A stretch of 64,000 nt of DNA from Ptychomitrium polyphyllum (Eukaryota): positions 15,252,001 to 15,316,000 of the forward strand of contig OZ316776.1 in NCBI GenBank assembly GCA_973851085.1, given 5' to 3'. The position numbers and the translations under genes are program-made. This document shows positions 1 through 12,960 of this stretch, piece after piece; positions within the stretch are counted from its first letter, which is position 1; each line of letters opens with the position of its first letter. The notes under the pieces are model-generated. The model worked only from the letters and a program-made list of their open reading frames with translations, made no database searches and was not told the origin of the DNA.

Positions 1-1818
1 AAATCTTCTAACAACGATTACATCTTTAGATTATTCAACTGCAAGCCACAAGCAACATCCGCATCACCAATTTTACAAAATCTCATGTATTTATAACTGA
101 TATGAAAACCTATAGTTATAATGCAACTTACGTACACTGTTATTTTCACTGTACATCATTGTAGCACAAACTTTACGTCAAAAGTGATCTTTTAAAAATA
201 TAAATTTATCTGAAAGTTTTGACAAAACCAATACCAATTTAAGCACCATGTTTTGACAATGGATTTTCAAGTTCTCTTAATTGGTGGAATGCGTTCTCCT
301 CCAATTATAAACTCCACCTTTAATGATCAATTGATCCCAATTGCATTCTCAAAAGCCTCCAAAGCCAAAGGAATGGTAATGATGACTTCTATCATTGTCT
401 TTGCCAAACGAACATTGAATTCATTGCATATAACTGGGAAATATTTCATGCAATATCATGAAGCTTACTTAATCTACGTAGCTCACTACTTTAATTGAAG
501 ATGGACATATCCATAAGAATTCAATCAATCTCACTCCATCTATGTCAACTCTTTGAAAAGTTCATGCATTGTCTTTCTAAAAAAATTCGAAATCTTTTGC
601 AATAAGTCCATTTCAGTTCCATTGGTGGAAGAGCATGTCATATTGAGTTCGGCAAACTCCTTTTCAAAGTCGTTGTACAACAACTTGCAAGCAGTGCAAA
701 TGATATGAAAGACAACTTGCAACGAGAACTAAAAAATTCTTAATGATCCTATGTTCTAGAAATCCACATCTAAATACAAAATGTCAAAATCTGTCCTTCA
801 GATTAAAGTGTATAGGTTCTGCAGAACACACTGGAAATCACTTACTGTGGCGATCTGCTGCGAGGCCATTGCATCAAATCCAGAAAGCTCAGAAGCTTGT
901 CAGTCAAAGTTTCAATCAGGAATCAAGTTGACATACTTGTTCGTTAACATTCGTCTACACCACAAGATCTTTGTTCAAAAAAAATTGAACTTCGAGACTT
1001 GAAATTCAAATTTCCAGTATGCATCACCAGACCTTTGTGTGAATCTTCATGTCGGGATTGCGAGGAGCCAATCTTCAAGTCAAGTCATAAGTTAGTGAAA
1101 CCAATGAGAATGGGTGGCAAGCCAGTGAGTTGGATAGTAATCACTAGGTTCCCGTGCCTTACGAGCTCTCCTGGAAGTTGCAATTTGCATAGATGTTAAC
1201 GTGATTTGGGGAACCTCACGTCTTGCATGCTGTGGGGAATATCGTGACATTGTGGATTGAGTCATTATAATTTGACACAGCGGTTTTTTTGGTCTAGTCG
1301 GCTTACGGAACTCGAATCGGCCTGTTTCCGCATTTGCCGCAAAGCTGAAGGGAAGTGACACAAAGTTACACGTAAACAGAGAGCTCGTAGAGGGACGCTG
1401 TGTAAACAGTCTCTAGGATGTATACGTAAACCGTTACTTCGCAATCAGTCCTATTGCAACCTACTCGAAGGTTACCGTATTAACAAAGCTATGATTTGTG
1501 ACGACGCTGACTGATCAATGAAAAACAAATTCAAGGTGGAAGCCGCTATCAATAAATGCAACTAGCAGTTCCATAAATGCGTGGACAACGACACACAAAC
1601 CTCTATAGACATTGAGTACAACTCCACACCTGGAAGATTGAAATCAAACCATCAGTTAACCAAAAAAACCTAGCATTATGTACATGTAGATCCATCTAAA
1701 AGTTGGAGGTGGAATACCAAAACCCTGCTTTACAGAAGTCGGTGCTAACCTTCTGCGCCCACTTCTCTCCGATGCATCTACAAAATAGATCCAATCCTCG
1801 AGAAATCCTTTAGGAATC

Positions 1819-2871
1819 CTAGGTGTCCTTCGTCCGGCTCTCTGTCGACGAAAGTTCCATCTCATAATGCCTCTTGAACGTCCTGGGCAAGTAAACAGGG
1901 ATGAGGAAGAAAAAAAGGTTGACCGTCCACACAATCAAGTTCACCATCGCCAAGTACCTTCCAAACTGGAGCCACTGGTGAGGAGAGAACGGGCCTGTCT
2001 CGGAGCCGTGCATCCCCAGAGACTCCTCGCCCTTGTGCATGTCCATCTTTACCCAGTCCATGATGGTGAACAGCCGTCTCACGTTGTAGAAAATAGGAAC
2101 TAGAGCGCGGATGGGAAGAGAAACACCGTCGTGCCGAAATGACACGTTCTCAGTCAAGATCTGGCATCCCAGGAGGAACAAGTGGGGCGCGGCGGCTTTG
2201 AGGGCCACCTGGTCGCCGTGAACAAAGCCGCCCAGGACATAGCCGGTAGGGATGATGAGCCCCACCAAGGCAGTGAAAAGCGTCCAGCGCTGCACGAGAC
2301 CCTTCTTCCCCATCACGTCGGGTGGGGATCCTCTTGTTACGGGCTTGAAGATGGTCGTGTTTAAGAAAATCATGTACGCGGTGGTGAGCGCGGCGAATGC
2401 CAAGTCGAGGAAGGGCACAAGCCCACTCGATGTAAGCACGAGCACTAAGGTGATCACGTGAATCTGCGCCAGGGACAGGTGTCCCAGAATGCTGTGTGAC
2501 TTTTGCCTCTTCTCTGCTGCTGCCTGCACACATATAATTGATTTACATCGTTCTATCACCCAATTCAGAGTTGCATGACATGTTACTACTTAAAAAACTC
2601 GACCTCACGAGAAGTAGTAACTCAGAGAATTCCAAAAAATTGCAGCAATACGAACCATCTGGGTCATCATTCTAATCATGAAAACTACAGAAGAGGTTGA
2701 AGTGGAGGTCTCAGCCTTTAGATTCGATGATTCTCAAAGACCGTCAAGGTGATTGATGTGAAATAGGGTGGACTTATTGGTGATTACCTGCGCAACGGAT
2801 GCAGGCGCATCAGGGTCCACTCTTGAGTCATAATCCCGGATCTTGTCACCGGCAGGCAATACTTCCGCCAT
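1819..2871 (-). CDS. Plant multi-pass membrane protein of unknown function; 2 exons (2871-2788, 2523-1819), ~262 aa
   Basis: ATG at 2871 (MAEVLPAGDKIRDYDSRVDPDAPASVAQ), GT donor after 2788, CAG acceptor before 2523, in frame with the long ORF. Several hydrophobic helices; SSGLVP..D, GYVLGGF..GD, APHLFLL.CQILTE and YN.RR motifs recall a conserved land-plant family of unknown function. Confidence 0.85.
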
Positions 2872-5183
2872 CTTCAGGTACGAGTCTACTAAATCAACGC
2901 CTCCACAACCAAACCAGTTGTTTCAGCTTCAATCCAGGGATCCCTCCCAAAGCTGAAGGATTCTGCTCCGAATTGCAAGTACATTAGCTTCAGAGATCTC
3001 TATCCTCTTGCAACAAAAATCAATCGATCGATCTGAGAAGGAACGAGAACTAAGAAGTGAAGTGAGGCGTGGATTTAGTCAAGACTCAAGAGGGGACGCG
3101 CATAAATTCATGAAAATCTAGGTGACACCGGTACACCTGGCACTTGCAGGCGCTGCCGGCTGGTCATGAAGAGGTCAAAGTCATGCTCGCCATACTCAGA
3201 GTTGAGCTCTCGCCATGCACTTTGCTACTTTGATACATCTGTGAAGCTTTCTGGCACTGAATCCTTATGTCTTGGGTTGGCAGCCGGCTGTGCCAATTCG
3301 GAGATCGACCAGGAAGTTGTATCTAGGAATCTTCGACCGGAGTATCAGGGGTAGTGTCGTTACGTGTAGGGTAAGCACTGCACTAAGGTTATTCAGGGGA
3401 ATAAGCGTGCGTTCACCAGGAGGGTGAAGCCTGGTGCACAGGGTTCATTCTCATGAATAGGAGGCTAACCTGGCGTAAAGAACGGTAATCTGGCCTAAAC
3501 AACGGAGCTGCCTTGTGAACTGTAGAAGCTCACCTTATGCCTTGGCCAGTCCTCTTAAGATGAGCTTCCTTGTTATAAGATACACAGTTTTACAGCAGGA
3601 AAGTAGTTCTGTACCTCATGTGGTGTATGTCGCCAATTCAGTAACTGTACAATGCAATATGCTGTCAAGTGCGGAAGAATGTAAGTATTTGCCATGAACT
3701 TCACGATGGCTACTGTACCGTAAAGCGAAACATCCTTTTGGTGTGATGAAGTTTACTTTTAGTAGATTCAGAGATTTGGCTTGCAAAATAGTTCTATTGT
3801 ACGTTTCAGAACTTTTAAAATACTAAATTTGAAATCTGCCCTTCAGTCGGTAGTTGAGACCCTAAGTAATCTCTATCAAAATGAAGGACCTAGAGTCCCA
3901 GACCATTTATTTCAAAGAGAACGCTGGCAGGAGATTTGTTCTTAATTTGGCTGCCGAACATTGCTGAGATTATTTTTCTCAGAATCTTCTTTTCAGACTG
4001 CTGAAGCGGTTAACTTCAACAAGGCCAGTTGAAGCCACCTACTATCCTGGTCAATGATTTCTACGTAGTCTACGAAAAAGCAGGAAGGCCACCAAAGTTA
4101 TCCCCTAAAAAAGAACAAGAGTTTCACTATGCCAAAGTCGAGTGCGTAGACACTTTGGGTTTCTGCTTATGCACCCACAATGTACTAACTGGCAGAATGA
4201 GGTTCATAGGTTTCCCGTAACCTAACCAGCTACCACCACTTACCCAAGAACGACCCTCTAAGAGACGTACCGATGGGAACTTAGGCTACAAAACCCACGA
4301 GCATGTGTTAAGGTCATACATTTTGGAGACTCCAGATGTGTTGCACTAGCAGAAGCCAATTGTATGAAGTGATCTAAAACGGTGAAATGAGTTATCAAAA
4401 CTTCCGCCACTTCATTCACCAGGATTTAAATCACCATTCTGTGAGTTTGATCTGCAAGGACTAGATGAACATATATTTTCGAAAAGGCTGGCGCGTTTTA
4501 CATCCTAACACGTGTTGACAGATATGTTTCTGTGATGAAGCAGGGATATTATTTGATTTATTCAAGTAATCCAACGCTCAGATTTTGGACCAGGAACCGA
4601 CTGCTCTTCGTTGGATAACTTGTAAGTGTGCCCAATGGTATTGGCAAATCTTAGTGCTCGGGGTTTGGTAATACCTGTGTAGAGTGCACCATAAGCGAGT
4701 GTTTGAAGAACATCACGCACCTTCACACTCGCTTCTCTATTTGAGTTTCTGTCAGCCACTGCATCGCAAGCGTGCGTGTAGGGAAAGCAGCTTCACAGAG
4801 TAGGAAACAAGTTACGGTATAGAGAGAGGGGTGGACATATGCAGAAAAATGAAGGAGTTAGTAGTCCGCACTACCTCCATAATTAGTTGATAGTATTCGA
4901 AGCTGGCAGGCCCGCATCACAGAGCTTAGGCCATGAAAACGTTAACAGTGCTAATAAAGTCTAGTGACAGGTCTTCAGTCTTTGACCCAGTTCGTAAACG
5001 AAATCCATTTTAAACCAACATGCACTACACAAGTCCATACATTTCTGTAGCGCAGCCCACTGTAATCACGATGTTTCGACTGGATTCCAATGTTTTCGTT
5101 TAAAATCGAAAGATTAACAGATCACTATCTTATCTAGTACCGTAACCTACTCTCCCTCAATGCATGCTTTTGTGTTGCTCCGC

Positions 5184-7136
5184 TCATTTCTTGCCAAAAA
5201 CCTGCCAAAAAAGCGAGGAGTGATATATAAATTAATTTGAAGTGGCAAATGATAAAACAACGAGCAAGACAAAGGACCATCAGCCTTATTTCCAATGCTA
5301 GCGTTACATTATATTGTATTGCATATCGATAGTAGAGTATACAGTCCACTTGCATGTGCACTCAGGGTGAACAGAAATAAATTATATACTTACCCCTGCT
5401 AGAACATCGTGCGAAAGTGTGGCGACGTTGCTTGTCATGCCATCAGCAACAGGTCTCTTTTGGTTGAAGTTTCGCACCACCCTTGGCTTCTCCCCAGCAG
5501 GCTTCGGCTTACCGCCAGGCTTCTCAGATTCTTGTGATTCCAGTTCCTTCTTCTGCAAGCACATTCACAAAATTGTTAAGCACAGTTCGACAAAAACAAA
5601 TCAGAATGCATGGACTACTACAGAATAGGTACTCATCTGTTCTCACACATTTGACTTTCACACAAATAAATCTACTTGAACATCAGACTCGTGTGCAGTA
5701 GAAATTATTGCAGAACAATAATAACACGACCTTTGGATACCAAGAAACGAGATACCTTCTTCCGCTCCTCCATAGAGGCGATAGCTCGAGATTGGTCAAC
5801 CTTCGAAAGGTAGAAATCACGCTCCTTCTTGGCAGCAGAAATTTCAGCAGCCAGTCTCTGCTCCCTAACAGCATTCTTATAAGCTGCAGAAAAAACGCAC
5901 TGTCAATGATATTTCTTCCTGGCAAAGAAAGAAAATTTCCCCTCAAGATCCAAGCAACCAGTATGTCTGGAATAAAAGTAACAGATCTTGCAGAATATGC
6001 CTGAACATTAGAAACACAAGACAGCAGCCAAGAATATATACCAATTTCTTCTGTAAGATTGTCCCACTTGAACCTCTTCAAGTACTTCATGTTCCACAGG
6101 TCATAGTGGTATGCAGAGCGTTTCGAAGCTTCTGTTTAGCCACACAAGAAGATCGCGTAAGTCAACAGCTCACTACCTCCAATTAACTTGCTCAACCATC
6201 AACCAGCCCGGGCTCGTATCATACAAAAATTTGTAATACAAGACAAAAACTGAAATATTCAGGTTCTCTCTAATATGCCACAAGGAGCGAATGATGTATT
6301 TCATAGCAATTACATATTCGAATCAAAAGTCAGCAGATAGAGATAGCACTAAGAAACGTACCCATCGGCTCCCCGTTAAGCATGGTGGCAATCCGCTTTG
6401 CATCACTTTTATGAGCAAACTCTACCCACCTGCATACAGTACACACACCATCGTCAGGAACGAAATCTATACAAGCAAACAGTTTGAGCTTGGGATTTGT
6501 GGATCGCGAACATGAACAACAAGAAGTACACGACTCACTCCAAATCAAACGCTATAACATCAAACCCTGACCATTCCGCTGTGCATACGAGATACCAATA
6601 CCACTCATCATATTTTCTCGTGGTAAGGAAGGAAGACGACTGACCCTTCAGTGAAATTCTTTCCAGTGTTTCCACCTGCACGTTTTCGGCGCAACCTTGC
6701 AGCAGCATCTGTAGAAGCGACGAACCACTTCAGCACGTCAGACAAAACCCCAAACCCGATGGTAGAGCTGTTTGAGAAACCCTAATCCTTAAACCCCAAA
6801 TTAACGCAAGCATCAAACTTCACCTTCAGGAGCAAGGTAGATGCGCAGCACTTCTCCGAACGGCTCAAGCAAATGCCGCAACTTCAACGGCTTCATATGC
6901 GGAGGAATCCGGCTCAGATACACCACTCCTCGTTTCCCAGGTACACTAGAACGCCCATCCTGCAACGACTTTTTCCTACGCTTCTTCTCACCCGCACCGT
7001 CCTGCACAACCTCGTGCTCCCCCCCGCCCTCCTGCAACGCCTGAGCATAAGCCTCCTTCCGCTTCCGACTCCTCGCTTCCTTCTTGCTCTCAAACTCTTC
7101 CCCGCTGCTACTCGCCTCCTCTTCCTCCATCATCAC
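5184..7136 (-). CDS. ESF2: Pre-rRNA-processing protein ESF2 / activator of basal transcription 1 (RRM); ~7 exons
   Basis: Acidic/basic N-terminus, then GVVYLSRIPPHMKPLKLRHLL..FGEV.RIYLAPE, GGNTGKNFTEGWVEF, A.MLNGE and YDLWNMKYL.RFKWDNLTEEI. Approximate exons 7136-6824, 6709-6646, 6430-6363, 6131-6043, 5883-5756, 5552-5394, 5201-5184 with GT-AG ends; ends VFGKK-TGA. Confidence 0.92.
6777..6786 (+). promoter_or_regulatory. Telo-box (AAACCCTAAT) in ESF2 intron 1
   Basis: Exact AAACCCTA motif. Telo-boxes are typical of plant ribosome-biogenesis and translation genes. Confidence 0.5.
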
Positions 7137-8160
7137 TCAGTTATCAAAACCCACCAACTCTTCTCACCACGACCGCACTCTCACTCCACTCTCACTCTAC
7201 TCTCACTCCACTTCAATCCACCGCCGCCTCGCTTCCATCATCATCACCAGAACCCATACAAATGGAATGAAAACTTCACCCCCATCCTCTTCAAACCTCT
7301 TGACAGCCGAAAGATGCGTTCGATCACCTCTTCCCAAAGTTGCAAGATTCTCACACTCTCACAACAGATCTAAAGTCATTGCCTCAATCAGACACAACAC
7401 ATCCCTGCCGCCGGCACCTAAACGATTCTCCACACTCATTACCAGATTCTGTCGACCACCAAAGCACAATGTTTTACGATTTCCAGGCTTCCGCAAGCAC
7501 CCGTTTCGTTTCCGGTCCAGAATCTCCACAAGCGAGGCCAATCTCAAAACCGTCACCATGCCCAAAACCACCAAAATCTCATAAATCCTAACATCCCACC
7601 ATTTGAAATCTATGGCCGGGATGGATACAGTTTGTTTCAGATGCAGCGATGGTCCTTCTCCTTTCGAGGGTTTGATATCATCTTTTTCTTTTCTAGATCT
7701 TCAAAGGAAGATGTATGAGGTAGGCAGATGCTGTCGGTTCCTGGCGCAGTGAGGGATTTCAGGTTGGCGACGAGATTTAGAAGGTCTAAGGAATAATTAC
7801 GACGATCTGCACAGTTCCGTCGAACGCCGACGGAAAGCGTTGGAAACCGTCGAGTGCCGTCAAGAGCCGTCAATCGCCGTCAAGGGCTGTCGGGGAAAGA
7901 CGTCGATTGCCATCGAGGGCAGTAGATGGATGGTCTCTTGAAGAAAGTAGTGAGTTTTGATGGAGCTGGCGTTCGGGGGGTCTGCTTCGCAAGAGCACTG
8001 GTCGCGAGGTGCATGATTGTTTTACAGGGTCGGGATGCAGGGCAGAGCGGAGAACGAGAGGAGTGCACAGAGAGTCTCGGAGCGCAATTTGAGCATCATT
8101 CGAGCAAGTTTGAGCTGCAAACAAGTGAAGGCGCCTTGAGGACAGACTCAGATCATCGCT

Positions 8161-10966
8161 ATGGGCATCTTTGTGTCCAGGCTGTTGGCGACGTTGTTCG
8201 GAGACAAGGAGGCGCGTATTCTTGTCCTCGGTTTGGACAATGCCGGGAAAACTACCATACTTTGTATCCATTACATGGCTTGGTCGAAGTTTTGCTAGTT
8301 AGAGTTTCGTGTTAGGGTATGTGGGGCATGTTTTTCCAGCCTGGGTTCTGGGTCCTGGGCGATCAACTGAGACGGCAAGGATTGAGTTTTGAGGAATGAT
8401 AGCCAGGTTCATAGGAGGTCATGCCCAAGTATGTTTGCTTCTCTTGTTCTGTGAGGAAGTCTTTCCTTTATTCATGGCAGAGGTGAAGTCGCTCTTTGCT
8501 TGTTTTGTTCGCTTCAATTCTGTCTTCTGGAAATCATATCTTGTTGGTTATATGGGAAAGTCGAGATGTTGATCTCCTTAATCACGGAGATCAGATCGGT
8601 TTCAGGTCGGGGAGGTCGTTGCAACCATTCCAAGTAAGTGAGCTGTGGGATGTCGTTGTGCATTCGTGATTATGTCCTTGATGCTGTGTCGTCAATACTC
8701 TATTCAGATCTTGAACGCATTCATCTGTTTTCCCTGTCTTCATTGGAAGCCGCTTTAGCTTTTTGCTTGGAGTATCTTGCTTCGCCCAGATTGACTATTT
8801 CAATGTGCTTCGTCTTGACTTAGTTGACGGAATTCTTTTTCTCAAACTTTTAAGACATCCCAGCTGAGTCGTGTGTCGGCTTTTGGAAATGAGAAGTTCG
8901 CACGTTGGTTACATTGTGGGACAGTATGTGGCACACTTCTTATGAGTGACGAAGCTATGATGTGTGTTGACGTGTTCGGTCGATGCTAAATTTATATTTG
9001 CCTTTACGTCGTATATTTCATTTGCTGCAGTTCTGATCGCATTTCCTGTTTGTGTTTTATGATAGCTATTGGTTTCAACGTGGAGACAGTGCAGTACAAC
9101 AATATTAAGTTTCAAGTTTGGGATTTAGGTTCGTGTAACCTGTATGCGAGTTTCTTCCTATGTTTTGCTCTTCTGTACTGAGTTTGTCTTGTGACCCTTG
9201 TGAGTTGCGATACTGTTGCATCGCTCGTTTTCTTCCTAGTTAATGTACAACATTCTTTGAATCTAACCATGTAATTTGTGGTCGTTGCAGGGGGTCAAAC
9301 GAGCATCAGGTAATTACCTTTCTCTTCTTTTGTTGCAATCTTGTTGCGGCTTGATGGTTTCTGCAGTGTTTCCGTTCAGTACATTGCAAGATATTGATTG
9401 AAAGGAAGTGTTATTCTACATGGAAAACTGTTGCAGACCATATTGGCGATGCTATTACCCGAACACGCAAGCGATCATCTACGTGGTAGATTCAAGTGAT
9501 ACAGAACGAATGTCCATAGCTCAAGAAGAGTTTCATGCTATTCTTCAGGTACTAATTGAAATTTCCTTCTAACTCCGTAAAAGATGTAAGAACAACCATC
9601 GTTCTTACATATTAATTTATTTTGCACAGCAGAGATCACACATTCTGATGTTTGTGTCCACGATAGTACTGAGCTCTGGGCAGTTAATTAAGCGTCTAAA
9701 TATGGGACGGCATTACACTTATACGAAACTGAATTTTGTTAAAATGGTATCTTTTTTGAAAAATAAAAAATATATTTGGTAAACATTCAAATCTACTTTT
9801 CAACCCAATTGAAGTCATGTCATTTCGAGTTATACTCCATCTGGAGAAATGTTTTAAAGTAGAACATCCCAGCATTGTCCTATTGTTATAAAATTTACAA
9901 TTTCAAGAAAGTAATCATATTTTTGACATTCATTAATTTTCATTTTATTTTCTAACATCATAACATTTGCCTTTAGTCAATCGTTTTGGAATATAAGTAC
10001 TAAAATTAATATTTGTAATTTCGGTGGATATTTGAAGTTAAATGCTTTTAAATTCATTATATGAAGATTGAATCCATTTTCTGACATTGTAACCATACAA
10101 TTCATTTTTGCACATCTGGTTCAAACTTCATCAAAGGTGCAAGGGTCACATATCATAACTCATCTTGGTTTAGGGGTTAAGAGGTCTACTCAATGAACTT
10201 ACGACAACCATCATTTCATATGTAAAACCATCATATCACATTTGCTATCTTTTCATATGCTGACAAATACACGCCGGTAACTTGACAGGAGGAGGAGCTG
10301 AAGGATGCTGTGATACTTATTTATGCAAACAAGCAGGTACGTCCAATGTAAACCTTAATTTGCTGTGTTGGCACCTTTTTCAACGTCACTCAAGGTTATG
10401 TTTAAATATTATAGGCATCTTTGATCGGGTTTAAAATACGCTGCACCAGTGGCAGCTAGGCCAATTTCTTAGATTTGCATGAATCCATCTTTTTATAGTG
10501 AATATTTAACTACATCGAACACAGGTATAAGAGTAATAGTAGTGCTAAGCGGAAGTATCTTCGTTGGTTGGTTGGCAGGATGTGCCTGGAGCCCTCGATT
10601 CAGCTGCTGTTTCAGAAGCACTGAAGTTGCATACAATCAAGAAGAGACAATGGTCCATATTTAAGACCTCCGCCATTAAAGGTGATGGAATTTTTGAGGG
10701 CTTGGACTGGTATGATTCCGAAACGTCTCCACACATTTAAATTAGTCTTTTCAAAATGTCTCCTGTTTGATTTTCAGGCACTGATGGTGTAACATTTTCC
10801 ATTTCGTCTTTTTCATGACAAAATTTTCTAATTAGGATGATTGGAAGAGTTACCCTGGAGTTTATTCTTTGGACGAGGTCTTCATTCACATTCCCGTTGT
10901 AAATTAACTACGCCTTTGGATTTTGTCAGCAGGCTCAGTAATACTCTGAAGTCTGGGAAAAAGTAG
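8161..10966 (+). CDS. ARL1: ADP-ribosylation factor-like GTPase, ARL1 type; 8 exons
   Basis: [96 protein letters not shown]...ANKQD...[35 protein letters not shown] is ARL1-diagnostic. Approximate exons 8161-8263, 8595-8633, 9066-9128, 9291-9309, 9437-9548, 10289-10336, 10579-10708, 10933-10966. Confidence 0.95.
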
Positions 10967-11938
10967 CTATAACACGTAAGTGCGATTCCTGAACATCCTG
11001 AAAACTTATTAAACCCCTGAAATTATGTGATGGATTCAAATTATTTGAAGTATGGGAATCGATGGCTAGTATGTAATTGGCCTTTGCAGTGACACATGTC
11101 TTTGAAAGTCTAGCCCTCTTATATGCATGCTCGTTTCGCCCTTTTCTGCGTGATTCTTGAACATAGATACGCTGTATTCATATCATGGGCCATATGGCCA
11201 TCGTTTACAGGATATCGTCACTTACATGACATTCGGTTTTTCAGGTATGCAAAGTAGAAGCGATCAATGGTCTGATGCAAAAGGGAATGGCATGACTGGT
11301 TTGACGATTTTTCAGTGGCTGGTGCTTTGTACAGACCATTTCAAGTAGGCTATGTGCTGGCACACATGACGTCGAAATGTTAGCAATTTGTACTGATAGC
11401 AATATGTAAAATCAAAATTCTACCACATTCAAAAAACATTTCTGTTTAGCGTCCTGTTAGAAAATGGTTGTTTGGGTTGTTTTGGTGGACTATAAACGGT
11501 ATACCCTGGTTCTGTATGCATAAGCACGGTAACTATCTTATTAGGAATTATGATATTGAAAACATTGAATCTGTTGTTAGCTGTATATCGAAAGATTGAT
11601 TGAACTTGCGTGAAGTTCACTTTTTAGTGTACTCATTGCTTAATCTCCAATCTCAACACAGAATTGGATACATCGAGTCAAATGTATGACACGACAGCGT
11701 TTTCAGTTACCTCAGATGAAATTTTGTGAGTTTTAGTAAGTATTGCATTGTGTTTGAATACTTTTAATACTAGACTGGGTTTACCGAAATCATGATGTGA
11801 ATACAAAATCATACTGATATGGCCGCCGAGACCATGAGTCTATTAACTTAAACTTTTTCTATTTTCAGGTAAGGGTAGTCGGATGCAGCACAACACCGAC
11901 AGCTATAGTTACCTATCCAAAAGCACTAGCTAGAACGT

Positions 11939-12960
11939 CTAGTGAGCAGCAAGGAGCTGAAGCTGAGGCTTGGCAGCCTCCACGTACATTTGGTGAGCAA
12001 TTGCAAATTCAGTGACTGGCGTGTTGTTGACATTCTCGGTACCTTGATCGTAAGCCCAAGGAAGCAATTTGTACATCAGTAGCCGGTTTCTGTGTTTGGG
12101 TATCAGATCAACTAAGTAAAAGGTGAAGGTGTCAACAACGGTCTCTAGCTGCACAAGACCGAATCTGATGGGCTCAAAGAAGAGGGTCATGGTGAGCAGC
12201 CCGTGCTTCCCAACCACCACATGCAGAAATGCTTGGTGCACATAGACGAACGTCGTGAGCGATTGCACAACGATCTTGGCATCATGGTCGCCAAGAACCC
12301 TCAGTTTGCCAAGGCTCTCACTGTGGGGGGCCAGCTTGGCGCTCGTCTCGGCAACCTTGGCGTTGACGACGACGACTTCTTGCGGAATCATGAATCCTTG
12401 CTGAAGAGAACCGAACGTGTTGATCTTGGATGTCTCTTTACGGAGGTAATCGGGCAAACCAGTGATCTCCTTGAAGGCCTTCAGCACCGTTTTGCACTAG
12501 AGGCTTATCCACAGTGATTCGCCATGCCGGAGGTGACTAACAACAGGCTGTAGGTCTGCTAGGCTACTTTGAACGTTTCACTTAGCTTGTCGAGCTTATC
12601 AGTTGCGGTCGGCTCCTGGGTGGGAATGGTGATCGATCAAGTAGGATGCGCAGGTGTCGACCACCATCTCCAGGTTCACGAGCGCAATGCGGATTGGTTC
12701 GAAGAAGGGACTAGCTAGTGCTTCTCAATCATCACTGCGAGGAGGACCTGGTGGACCTGCACGAAGGTCGTGAGAGCTTGCACCACGAGCTTCGCATCTG
12801 CATTGCAGTACGGCATGGGGTTGTAACCATGGCGGTCCTCGCAATCCTGGTGGTGTACTCCTTATGATGATCGTTGCAACTGCCCGCGCAATCAGGATCC
12901 CCTTCTGTTCGGCGTTTGAACACGATGGTCTGCGGTCTGCACTCAGTGTCCAGCAAATTT
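11939..12960 (-). pseudogene. Disabled intronless gene with two tandem copies of a ~150-aa domain resembling fungal UVI-1-like proteins
   Basis: Copy 1: DAKLVVQALTTFVQVHQVLLAVMIEKH*..PFFEPIRIALVNLEMVVDTCASYLID/IPTQEPTATDKL..A*QTYS. Copy 2: DAKIVVQSLTTFVYVHQAFLHVVVGKHGLLTMTLFFEPIRFGLVQLETVVDTFTFYLVDLIP/TQKPATDVQIASL. In-frame stops (e.g. TAG 12717-12715) and frameshifts; the 182-aa ORF opens at GTG, not ATG. Confidence 0.75.

Noticed and set aside
1..1361. Short ORFs and coding-like minus-strand sequence at the window start
   Set aside because: Multiple stops and no recognisable motif; may be a decayed gene or TE but cannot be assigned by eye.
6841..7591. Overlapping plus-strand ORFs up to 166 aa
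   Set aside because: Antisense shadows of ESF2 exon 1 and low-complexity CT-rich leader/promoter DNA.
7870..8315. 129-133 aa ORFs overlapping the ARL1 start
   Set aside because: Out-of-frame or antisense to ARL1 exon 1; no protein motifs.
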